From positions 1-46,471 of the forward strand of contig CAZKTF010000002.1 of NCBI GenBank assembly GCA_964555565.1: a DNA stretch of 46,471 nucleotides, written 5' to 3'. This document shows, in pieces, positions 1-8,163 of this stretch (position 1 is the first letter of the stretch; every line of letters starts with the position of its first letter). The notes below the pieces were generated by a model. It saw only the letters and a list, made by a program, of their open reading frames with translations, was not told where the DNA came from and searched no databases. The position numbers were made by a program, and so were the translations under genes. Source of the DNA: an uncultured Planctomycetota bacterium. GTDB taxonomy: Bacteria; Planctomycetota; JAJSAM01; JAKLKS01.

Positions 1-1
1 C

Positions 2-958
2 GGGGCACCCCCCGGGGCCCCCACCCCGCCCGCGCCGCCGGCCGCGTCCCCCATCGCGGGGTTCATCGCGGTCGCCACGGCCCCCCTGCGGGTGGACGGC
101 GCACCGGCCGCGGTGGGCCAGGCCGTCCACCGGGGGTCCGTCGTCGAGGCCCCTGCCGGCACGCGGGCCTCGCTCGTCCTCGCGGACGGGACCGAGGTGC
201 GGCTCGACCGGCAGGCGTCGGTGGCGCTCCTCGACCGCCGCTCCCTCGAGGTTCGTGCCGGGCGGGTCTGGTCCCGGGTGGTCGCGGGCGACCCCTTCGT
301 CGTCCGCGCCGGCGCCACGCAGGTGACGGTCCTGGGCACCGAACTCTCGATCGACCGCACGCCGCAGCGCACCGAGGTCCAGCTCTTCTCCGGCAAGGCC
401 CGCGTGGAGGCCGCCGGCGCCGTCCGCGACCTCGCGGCGGGACAGGCGACCGTGTTCCAGGACGGGAAGCTCTCCGACGCGCGACGCATCTACTCCGAGG
501 CCATCGCCACCGGCTGGATGCTCGAACTGTACGCCCGGTCCGGCCACCACGAGAGGGACCTCGCCGACCACATGGACCGTCTGCTCGCCGAGATGGGCCG
601 CCGCAAGGCCGTCACCATCGACGAGCAGACCCTCGTCACCGAGCTCGGCGGCACCTGCCGCGTCCCCCTCGCGCGCTTCCTCGTGAGCGAGCCGGCGCAG
701 CTCGAGCTCTCCGCGCGGCGGAAGGCCGCGCGCGTCCTCGAGTCCATCGCCGACGCCTCCGTGGCGGAGCCGCTGGCGAAGGCCCTCCGCGACCCCGACC
801 CCGAGGTGCGCGTCTCCGCCGCCCGGGCCCTCGCCCGGATCTCCGGCGACCGGTTCTGCCCCGACCCCGAGAAGTTCCGCGCCTCGTGCGACGCCACACT
901 CGCAGAGGAAGTGGACGCCTGGGTGAAGGCGGGTACGCCTCCCACCAAAGGGAAGTGA
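2..958 (+). CDS. FecR-domain protein with C-terminal HEAT-like repeat (5' end runs off the window)
   Basis: The frame is open from base 2, so the ORF-track start at 92 is internal. FecR-type segment GTRASLVLADGTEVRLDRQASVALL...VRAGRVWSRV...VTVLGTELSI. C-terminal LRDPDPEVRVSAARALARI resembles a HEAT repeat. Confidence 0.6.
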   Translation, partial: GAPPGAPTPPAPPAASPIAGFIAVATAPLRVDGAPAAVGQAVHRGSVVEAPAGTRASLVLADGTEVRLDRQASVALLDRRSLEVRAGRVWSRVVAGDPFVVRAGATQVTVLGTELSIDRTPQRTEVQLFSGKARVEAAGAVRDLAAGQATVFQDGKLSDARRIYSEAIATGWMLELYARSGHHERDLADHMDRLLAEMGRRKAVTIDEQTLVTELGGTCRVPLARFLVSEPAQLELSARRKAARVLESIADASVAEPLAKALRDPDPEVRVSAARALARISGDRFCPDPEKFRASCDATLAEEVDAWVKAGTPPTKGK

Positions 959-961
959 TCA

Positions 962-989
962 CACGGGGTCAGACCCCTCGTGCACTTTT
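962..989 (+). terminator. Putative rho-independent terminator
   Basis: Hairpin cacgggg-N7-cccctcgtg (7 bp including one G-U) at 962-982, then TTTT at 986-989. It starts 4 nt after the TGA at 956-958, between convergent genes. Confidence 0.4.
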
Positions 990-1083
990 CGCCCCGTCGC
1001 AACCACTTGCGACATCCGAACTTCGACAACCCGCAATCAGCCCCGTTTGCAAATCCGGCCCGCGCCGCCCGGCCACTCCCCCC

Positions 1084-1371
1084 CTACGCCGTCCACCGCC
1101 CCCCGTCGCCGCGGAGCCATACCTCCGTCGCCCCCTCGCCGCCGTCCCGAGGCTTGGCGAACTGCAGCGCCGCCACCGCCGGGTGGTCCTCCAGCTCCGC
1201 CCAGACCAGCAGCCGCAGCACCCCCGTCCCCTTCCCGTGCACCACGCGCAGCCGCCGCCCTCCGTCCCGCCGGCACCCCTCGAAGGCGTCCCGGAGCCGC
1301 AGCCGCGCCGCCTCCCGGTCCATCCCGTGGAGGTCCACCACCCGCTCCCCCCCGCCCCGCCCGCGGCCCAT
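1084..1371 (-). CDS. Smr (small MutS-related) domain protein
   Basis: VVDLHGMDREAARLRL...RVVHGKGTGVLR...DGGEGATEVWL matches the Smr domain pattern (DLHG...HGKG...GG.GAT). Confidence 0.75.
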   Translation of the reverse strand: MGRGRGGGERVVDLHGMDREAARLRLRDAFEGCRRDGGRRLRVVHGKGTGVLRLLVWAELEDHPAVAALQFAKPRDGGEGATEVWLRGDGGRWTA

Positions 1372-1416
1372 GCCGTTCCCCCCCTGCCCGCGCCCCCGGT
1401 AGGATGCCCCGCCCGG

Positions 1417-1488
1417 GGGCGATTAGCTCAGCGGTAGAGCCCGACCCTTACAAGGTCCAAGTCGGAGGTTCGAATCCTCCATCGCCCA
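1417..1488 (+). tRNA. tRNA-Val (anticodon TAC)
   Basis: Hand-folded cloverleaf: acceptor GGGCGAT/ATCGCCC, D arm GCTC-AGCGGTA-GAGC, anticodon loop CTTACAA, T arm GGAGG-TTCGAAT-CCTCC. One C-C mismatch at the top of the anticodon stem. CCA is not fully encoded. Confidence 0.9.
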
Positions 1489-1575
1489 CCGGGGCCCGCG
1501 CGCGGGCATGATACGGCCACGCCCCGGGGCCGGGCGCCCCGCGGGCGGCCGTTCCCCCTCTGGTAGTCTCGCGCG

Positions 1576-2805
1576 GTGGTCGTGGAAGGGATCCGGCACC
1601 TCGCGCGCACCGCCCGCGGCTTCTCCCCCGACACCCGGCGGTTCCTCGCGGGGATGTTCCTCATGGGGCTCGGCCACGGCGCGTTCATGGTGCACATGAA
1701 CCTCTACCTGAGCGCGCTCGGCATGGGGGAGGCCGCCATCGGACGCGTGATGTCGGCCGCGAGCGTCGGCATCGTCGCGGCCTCCCTCCCCGCCGCCGTC
1801 TGGGCGGAGCGCCTCCCCGCCGGCAGGATCTTCCTCCTCGCCGCGGCGGGGTTCTCCGGCTCCTCCCTCCTCATGGTCCTCTTCCCCCACCCGTGGGTCC
1901 TCCTCGGCCTCTCGTTCTTCTCCGGCGCGCTCTTCTCCGTCCACCTCGTCGCCGAGGGCCCCTTCTTCATGCGGAGCGAGGGCATCGAGCACCGCACCGA
2001 GCTGTTCGGGATCGCCGCGGCCCTCGAGACCCTGGCCTTCACGCTGGCCGCGCTGGGCGCGGGGCTGCTGGCGCGCGCGCTCGCGCGGGCCACCGGCTCC
2101 GAGGCCCTGGGGCTCCGCACGGCCCTCTCCGCCACCTCGCTCCTGAGCCTCCTGGCGCTCATCCCCTACTCCCGCATCCGCGCCCCCCCCCTCGCCGCCG
2201 CGCCGAGGCCCTGGCGCGCCTACGTCTTCACCCGCGACATGGGCCTCATCCTCAGGCTCGCCCTCCCCGCCTTCATCGTGGGATGCGGCGCCGGCCTCAC
2301 CATCCCCTTCCTCAACCTCTACTTCCGCGACCGCTTCCACCAGGACCCCGGGGCCATCGGCCTGTACTACGGCGTCGCCCAGGTCCTGACCATGGGAGGG
2401 TTCCTCCTCGGCCCCCTTCTCGCCCGCCGCTTCAGCCACGTCCACGCGGTCGTCGCCACCGAGCTGCTCTCGATCCCGTTCTTCCTGCTGCTCGCCCTCA
2501 CCGACCACCTCGGCGTCGCGCTCGCGGCCTTCTGGATGCGCGGCGCGCTCATGAACATGAACCAGCCCGTCTCCATGGCCTTCGCCATGGAGATCGTCCC
2601 CGCCCACCAGCAGGCCGTGGCGAACAGCGTGAGGACCTTCGCCTGGAACTCCGCCTGGATGGTCAGCACCGTGGCCGGCGGCTGGATCATCGAGCGCCAC
2701 GGCTACGCCCCGGGGATGTTCGTCACCATGGGCCTCTACCTGCTCGCCGCGTCCCTGTTCTGGACCTTCTTCCGCGGCCGCGTCGTCGCCCCCCCGCCCC
2801 GCTGA
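1576..2805 (+). CDS. MFS-type transporter
   Basis: 409 aa, hydrophobic throughout, with two six-helix-like halves (FLMGLGHGAFMVHMNLYL...; LPAFIVGCGAGLTIPFLNLYF...). GTG start. Confidence 0.8.
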   Translation: MVVEGIRHLARTARGFSPDTRRFLAGMFLMGLGHGAFMVHMNLYLSALGMGEAAIGRVMSAASVGIVAASLPAAVWAERLPAGRIFLLAAAGFSGSSLLMVLFPHPWVLLGLSFFSGALFSVHLVAEGPFFMRSEGIEHRTELFGIAAALETLAFTLAALGAGLLARALARATGSEALGLRTALSATSLLSLLALIPYSRIRAPPLAAAPRPWRAYVFTRDMGLILRLALPAFIVGCGAGLTIPFLNLYFRDRFHQDPGAIGLYYGVAQVLTMGGFLLGPLLARRFSHVHAVVATELLSIPFFLLLALTDHLGVALAAFWMRGALMNMNQPVSMAFAMEIVPAHQQAVANSVRTFAWNSAWMVSTVAGGWIIERHGYAPGMFVTMGLYLLAASLFWTFFRGRVVAPPPR

Positions 2806-2961
2806 CCCCGCGACGAGGGGCACCCCCCGGGCCCCGGGGAAAAGTGGCCGCCGCCCCCCGCCGGGGCTACGCTGCACGGACTCCCCCCGGGTCCTCCCGG
2901 AGGGACCGTGCGAGCGGGGCTCGACAGCGACCCGACCCGTCCGCCCGGCGCCGACTCCGGC

Positions 2962-3038
<77 letters not shown>

Positions 3039-3125
3039 CACTCCCGAGCCTGAACTGGGCTCCCCGTCTGGATTTGGAGCCGATCGGGCCCCTCGCGCCG
3101 ATGCCGAACTAGACCGAGCGAAACG

Positions 3126-3151
3126 GACACTGTAGCAAGCCCGTCGGGAGC
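3126..3151. repeat. IS left terminal inverted repeat
   Basis: gacactgtagcaagcccgtcgggagc is the exact reverse complement of 4704-4729. Confidence 0.9.
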
Positions 3152-3222
3152 GGGGCAGGGTTGAGGGTCATGCGACCGATGTACCTCCGAGGGGGGCCAG
3201 AGGCATCCCCGAGGAGGCAGCG

Positions 3223-4699
3223 ATGGTGCGGCCAGGGGAGTACCTTCCGGATCCCACCGAGGGGATCACGGACCCCGCGGATCTTCCCAAGCCGCTCCTC
3301 GTGCAGCAGTCGCGGGACTTCCGTCGTCGGCGCTGTCCGCGGTGTCGGCGGCCTTGCTACCGGGACAGCCGGGGGCGGCGGCGGCTGCACGACCTGGGGG
3401 ATGTGCGCAGCGGCCGGCCCCGGGAGCTGGAGATCGTGTACTCCAAGCACCGATGCGAGAGGTGCAAGACGTACTTCTCGGCCGACCTCTCGAAGCTGGC
3501 CCCGCCGTGGGGGCGCTACACGACGCGGGTGATGGCGTTGGCCGTGCGTGTGGTGGTGGAGGACGGACTTCCCTATCGAGCGGCGTCGTGGCACCTGTGG
3601 CGGGACCACCGGGTCTTCGTGCCATGGGCCACGGTGCAGAACTGGGTGGAGGCGGCGGGGGAAAAAAGGCGCGGCGTGCGTCGAGGCTGAGTACCTGGAC
3701 TGGGCGCTGGAGGGCTTCTCGGGGTACATCGCGGCCGACGAGCTCTACGACGGTCCTTTCTGCGTGCTGTCGGTCGTGGACAACCGCAACTTCCGGCGCC
3801 TGATGTACGAGGTGCTCGACCACGATCCCCGGGAGGAGGACATTGAGCAGTTTCTCCTCCGCCTCAAGACGGCCTTGGCGTGCCGGGGGCTGCGGGTGCG
3901 GGGGGCTACGACGGACGGCTCCCCGCTGTACCCCGGGCCGCTCGCGCGGGTCTTCGGCACGGTGCCTCACCAGGTCTGCCGGTTCCACGTCATCGCGGAC
4001 CTGACCAGGGCGGTGCTGCGGGCGGTTGCCAAGGTCCGCAAGGCCTTGGCGGCTCGGATGCCCCGGCTCCCGGTGGGGAGGCCCGCGGCGGGAGAGGCGC
4101 GGCGGGTGGCAGCGCGTAAGAGGAGATTGCGGGAGAAGGTCCAGAACCTCTTCGAGCACCGCCACCTCTTCGTGCGTCGCGAACTCACCCAGGCGCGGCG
4201 ACGGACCCTGATGCGGATCACTCGGGGGATGCCGGAACTCCGCACCCTGCGCCAGGTGATGGAGGAGGTGTACCGGCTCTTCGACCGACGGTGCCGGGCG
4301 CAGACGGCCCTGGCCAAGCTGCGCAAGCTCCGCGGTCGGGTCCGTCGTTTCCGCAAGGTGGGCAAGACCCTCCAGACGCTCTTCCACCGCAACATGGAGA
4401 AGGCGCTGGTCTTCCTGGACGACTCCCTGCTGCCCGGCACGTCGAACGCCGTCGAGCGCGGGAACCGTCGCCACCGCAAGATGCAGAAGACGGTCTACAG
4501 CGTCCGGACCCGGCGGAACCTCGTGGGCCGACTCGCCCTCGACATGCAGCGGGACCAGCACCGCGATGGCCGCGACCAGGCCCTCGACACTCTCCACGAA
4601 GTCCGGACCCCACGCCGCGCGTGGCGCGGGCCGAACCTCAGGCGCGTTGTCCGCCTCCACCACCACCACCGCCGGCTCCCCGAGGCCAGGGCCGGGTAG
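3223..4699 (+). pseudogene. ISL3-family transposase, split by a +1 frame change at a G5A6 tract
   Basis: ATG 3223 follows gaggagg. N-terminal zf-ISL3-like CPRCRRPCY...HRCERCKTYF. Downstream frame (from the 3548 ORF) has GYIAADELYDGPFCVLSVVDNRNFRRL, QVCRFHVIADL and SNAVERGNRRHRKMQKTVYSVRT, which are the ISL3 DDE-domain hallmarks. The frames switch at ggggg-aaaaaa (3657-3667). Confidence 0.8.
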
Positions 4700-4703
4700 C
4701 CAT

Positions 4704-4729
4704 GCTCCCGACGGGCTTGCTACAGTGTC
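4704..4729. repeat. IS right terminal inverted repeat
   Basis: gctcccgacgggcttgctacagtgtc is the exact reverse complement of 3126-3151. Confidence 0.9.
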
Positions 4730-5569
4730 AGCAACTACGTCAAGGCCCTTGCCCATGCGCGGACGGAGATTGCCAGGCCGAAGGGTCTGCCCCTGTGCTC
4801 GCGGTTGCTCTGCGAAGCCCATCGACGGCTCATGCACGGTGCCCGAGGGGCCGACAAGCAGCCCGGCGTCGTCCGGACCTCGCAGAACCGGATCGGCGGC
4901 ACACGCCCCGGAAACGCCCGATTCGTCCCCCCGCCTCCGGAGGAGGTCATGCCTGCTCTGGGCGCCCTGGAGCGCTGGCTCCACGGGGATGACCCGCTGC
5001 CTCCCCTCGTCCGGGCAGGCCTGGCGCACGTCCAGTTCGAGACGATCCACCCCTTCCTCGACGGGAACGGCCGCATCGGGCGCCTCCTGATCGCGCTCCT
5101 CATCGAGCATTGGAAGCTCCTCGGCTCCCCGCTCCTCTACCTCAGCGTGGCGTTCAAGCGGCATCACCAGGAGTACTACGACCGGCTCTCCGCGGTGCGG
5201 ACCGGCGGGGACTGGGAGGGGTGGACAAGGTTCTTCCTGGAGTGCGTCAGGGAATCCGCGGACGACGCCGTGGACGCGGCGCGGCGGCTGCACGCCCTCA
5301 TCGGGAGGGACCGCGCCCGGGTGGTCAACCACAAGTCGGCCACCGTCCCGGCGATCCGCCTGTTCGACCTCATGCCCGAGAACCCGATGGTCACCCTGCC
5401 GAGGACCATCGAGCTCCTGGACACCTCGAAGCCGACCGCCGGCAAGGCGATCGACGCTCTCGTCCAGGCCGGAGTCCTGGACGAGACGACGGGCCGGAAG
5501 CGCGACCGGGTCTACGCCTACGGGGCCTATCTGAAGATCCTCCAGGAGGACACCGGCCTCGGTGAGTAG
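4730..5569 (+). pseudogene. Fic-family protein, 5'-truncated by the IS
   Basis: The reading frame is open and Fic-like from the first base after the IS right end (SNYVKALAHARTEIARPKGLPLCSRLLCEAHRRLMHGARG...). Catalytic motif HPFLDGNGRIGR is present, with a C-terminal wHTH-like tail. The ~100-aa N-terminal domain expected upstream is absent, because only 87 bp separate tRNA-Asp from the IS. Confidence 0.8.
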
Positions 5570-5791
5570 GTGGTCTGCTACTGCTACCGCCACCACCAGG
5601 ACCGAAGCGGGCGCCGGAGTTGGATGCGGTTGCCTGCCGAGGAGGGTGGACGGAACGTGCGTCCGGTCCGGCTGCAACCAGCGCTGCAGGAAGTGGCCGG
5701 GGCGGGCTCCCTGTCCCCGGGAGCCTCGACTTGCCCGATGGACAGACCTGCCTGCATCAGGCAAGTAGCCACTTCCTGGCAAAGTCCACTC

Positions 5792-5841
5792 CCGGACTGT
5801 CGATCCTGAGGTCGGGGGTTCGAGTCCCCCCGGCCCCGCCA
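5792..5841 (+). repeat. Displaced tRNA-Asp 3' half (att-like direct repeat, R2)
   Basis: ccggactgtcgatcctgaggtcgggggttcgagtccccccggccccgcca aligns with tRNA-Asp from the anticodon stem to CCA. There is no acceptor-5' strand or canonical D arm upstream. Confidence 0.85.
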
Positions 5842-6160
5842 CCGCGACCGCCTTCGGCCCCGCGCGTCCCGCCGGCTTCGCGCGCGACTCCCCCCTCCTC
5901 GCTCCTCCCGGGAAGGGGCCTCGCGGGAGCGATGGATCGGGATGCCTTCCCCGGGGACCTCCCTCGTCATCGGCAGCGCGTCGTCGATGGCGGGGGTCCT
6001 CGTCCGGCGGGAGCCCCGTCGGCGGCCCGGGCGATCGCGGCCGTCCCCGGTGTCATCCCGCGCCGCTCGCGACCACCCCGCGGACGATCAGGCGGACGGG
6101 GCCTCCCGTCCACCCGACCCGAGGTCCGCCACGCGCGGCCGCCCGGGGATCCCCGGAGTC

Positions 6161-6445
6161 CTACGACGGCTCCGTCCCCTCGCGGTCGTCCTCGAGGGCG
6201 CGGACGGCGTTCTCCCTCCAGGGGCTGTCGGCGCCCTCGTCGGCGCCCCGGTCCGCGACGGAGGGGACGCCGCCCGGCTTGCCGTCCGTCACCTTCGGGA
6301 GGACGCCGTGGGCGATCTCGGCGTGGCACTCCCCGCAGTGGACGAAGCGGGTCCTCCCCTCGCACTCCGGGCAGGACCACTCCCCCATCCCCTCCCCGCA
6401 GGCCGCGCAGCGGGCGGCCGGCCTTCCGTATGCGGACCTCGTCAT
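6161..6445 (-). CDS. Small zinc-ribbon protein (hypothetical)
   Basis: ATG 6445 follows a GGGAGGGA Shine-Dalgarno-like run. Contains CAACGEGMGEWSCPECEGRTRFVHCGECH (three CxxC pairs). 94 aa, divergent from the 6618 gene. Confidence 0.4.
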   Translation of the reverse strand: MTRSAYGRPAARCAACGEGMGEWSCPECEGRTRFVHCGECHAEIAHGVLPKVTDGKPGGVPSVADRGADEGADSPWRENAVRALEDDREGTEPS

Positions 6446-6617
6446 GGGTCCCTCCCCCACTCCGCCCGGCGTTCTCCCTGCCAGGGCCGGGCGAAGGCGC
6501 GCAAGCATACACCGTCCGCCGCCGGGCGGGATGGCCTTGCCTCCTCCCGGCCGCCCGGGTCCCGGGGCCGGGTCCGGGGAGCGGCCCCGTACACTGGGGG
6601 CGGAAGGAGCCCCCGCG

Positions 6618-7244
6618 ATGAAGGACGGCGAGATCCGCTCGAAGGTCGCGCTGCTGCGGGACCTCGGGTACGGGGGGGACATGGCCCCCGTGGAGGCGGC
6701 CCTCCACGAGGCCGGGCTCTCCAACCCGCGGAAGGCCAACATCCACGCCTCGAAGACGGACGCCGTCCGGAAGGTGATCGAGGAGCGGTTCCTCCTCGTG
6801 TGCGCCCGGGGGGACTGCCGGCAGGAGGCGGCCGCCGCGCAGGACGGGAGGGCCGTGGCGGCGGCCTCGGTGCAGGCCCACTGCGAGTTCTGCGGCGGGT
6901 CGTCCAACGAGCGCGCCGTCAAGCAGATGCTCGAGGCCTGCCGCCGCCGGGGGTGGCGGCGGCTGTGCGTCGTGGGCGGGTCCCCGAACGCCCGCACGGC
7001 GCTGCGGCAGCTCGCCGGCCGGGAGCTGGACCTCAAACTCGTGGACGGGACCGTCGCCCGCAGCCGCGGCCAGGCCGACTCCGACCTCGGGTGGGCCGAC
7101 GTCGTGGTCGTCTGGGGCTCCACCCAGCTCGACCACAAGGTCTCCATCCTCTACAAGGGCCCCAACGTGATCCAGATGGCGCGGCGGAGCGTCAAGGAGC
7201 TGGCGAAGGCAGTCGTCCGCGCGGCGGAGGGGGGAGGGCGGTAG
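6618..7244 (+). CDS. Hypothetical protein with DUF2325-like C-terminal domain (tentative)
   Basis: ATG 6618 follows ggaaggag. C-terminal LCVVGGSPNAR...VDGTVARSRGQADSDLGWADVVVVWGSTQLDHKVS...NVIQMARRSVKELAKAV resembles the DUF2325 pattern (VGG ... aDvVv ... H ...). The assignment is from memory. Confidence 0.5.
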   Translation: MKDGEIRSKVALLRDLGYGGDMAPVEAALHEAGLSNPRKANIHASKTDAVRKVIEERFLLVCARGDCRQEAAAAQDGRAVAAASVQAHCEFCGGSSNERAVKQMLEACRRRGWRRLCVVGGSPNARTALRQLAGRELDLKLVDGTVARSRGQADSDLGWADVVVVWGSTQLDHKVSILYKGPNVIQMARRSVKELAKAVVRAAEGGGR

Positions 7245-7377
7245 CCGCCGCCGCACCCCCTGCGGTCGAAGACCCCGGCGGGATCGATTCGTGTTCCCGC
7301 GGCGGCCCTTCCGGGGGCGATGACGCAGACCACCCCGATGCCACCAGACGATCGCCCAAGTGATCGACGAATGCTGA

Positions 7378-7836
7378 CCGTCGGCTCGTTACGGCCCCGG
7401 CAGGCCCGGGGTGGACGCCATCGTCCGCGCCGTCGCCTCCGGCAGGGGGGTCGGACCCGCGGGCCGGACGGCGGGGCACGCGCTCGGGCTCTCGACGCAG
7501 GTGCCCGCCACCTCCGCCTACGCCGTGGTCGGCGCCCCCCCCACGGGCATCCCCGGTGTGAAGTTCCATTGCCGGAGGAACCTGCGACGCCTCAACCTCC
7601 GGTACCACGAGGTCGCCCTCCTGGAGGTGCTCCGGGACTGGCCGGGATCCGTGGAGGCAGACTGGACGACCCTCGTCGATCGGGTCGCTCGCGACAGGGC
7701 GGACGGCCTCCTGCGCCCCGACCGCCTTCGGGCGGCCGTCGCGGGGGAGCGGATGCCTGCGCTCCGTGAGCGCTTCGCCCGGCTGATGGCGGAGCTGCCC
7801 GGGCCCGCGCCCGCTCCCTCGGCGCGGCGGGCCTGA
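7378..7836 (+). pseudogene. abiEi: AbiEi-family antitoxin, N-terminally truncated remnant
   Basis: PSARYGPGRPGVDAIVRAV...GHALGLSTQVPATSAYAVVGAPPTGIPG...EVALLEVLRDWP... is collinear with residues ~65-210 of the intact copy at 37936-38568. An in-frame TGA at 7375-7377 replaces the N-terminal wHTH part. Confidence 0.7.
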
Positions 7837-7839
7837 CCG

Positions 7840-8057
7840 GTGGCCGGACTCCGCGACGCCCCCGACGACCGCTTCGCCCTGGTCTGGCGGGCCGCGGAAG
7901 CGCTGCGGCTGCCGCCCGAGTTCGTCGAGAGGACTTCCGGATCACCGAACTCCTCCGGAGCGTCGCGCGTCCCGTCGAGAACGCCTTCGTCGTCTTCAAG
8001 GGCGGCACGAGCCTCTCCAAGGGCTTCGCCCTGATCCAGCGGTTCTCGGAGGACGTG
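7840..8057 (+). pseudogene. abiEii: AbiEii/DUF1814 nucleotidyltransferase toxin remnant (frameshifted and truncated)
   Basis: MAGLRDAPDDRFALVWRAAEALRLPPEFVE matches the start of the 38572 copy. One base is missing near 7930 (gagaggacttccgg versus gagaaggactactgg). The shifted frame continues ITELLRSVARPVENAFVVFKGGTSLSKGFALIQRFSEDV, and homology then stops. Confidence 0.65.
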
Positions 8058-8163
8058 GGCCTCGGGCTTCCTCCGGGCCAGTTCCTCGCGCCTCGACTTG
8101 CCAGAGGCCACCAGGTTGCCGGCGTCCGGCAAGCAGCGGCTTCCCGGCAGGTCCCCGGTGGAC

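Larger units (their letters stand above)
3126..4729 (+). mobile_element. ISL3-family insertion sequence (about 1.6 kb)
   Basis: Perfect 26-bp terminal inverted repeats bracket a single ISL3-like transposase reading frame. No matching 8-bp target duplication: left flank gcgaaacg, right flank agcaacta. Confidence 0.85.

Noticed and set aside
3655-3670. Possible programmed ribosomal frameshift in the IS transposase at the G5A6 tract.
   Set aside because: The downstream frame is +1 relative to the upstream one, whereas IS-type programmed slippage on A-rich heptamers is -1. The zero-frame codons (gaa aaa agg) also do not form a canonical X XXY YYZ site. A 1-nt homopolymer insertion or a sequencing error is the simpler explanation.
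5699-5723. GGGGCGG-GC-TCCC-TGTCCCC-GGGA resembles an acceptor-5' strand plus D arm. This raised the idea that 5699-5841 is a tRNA-Asp with a ~68-nt insertion.
   Set aside because: The pseudo D loop lacks the conserved A14/G18G19 features. The insertion would sit before the anticodon stem, which is not a known intron position. One acceptor pair mismatches. Chance resemblance in GC-rich sequence is more likely.
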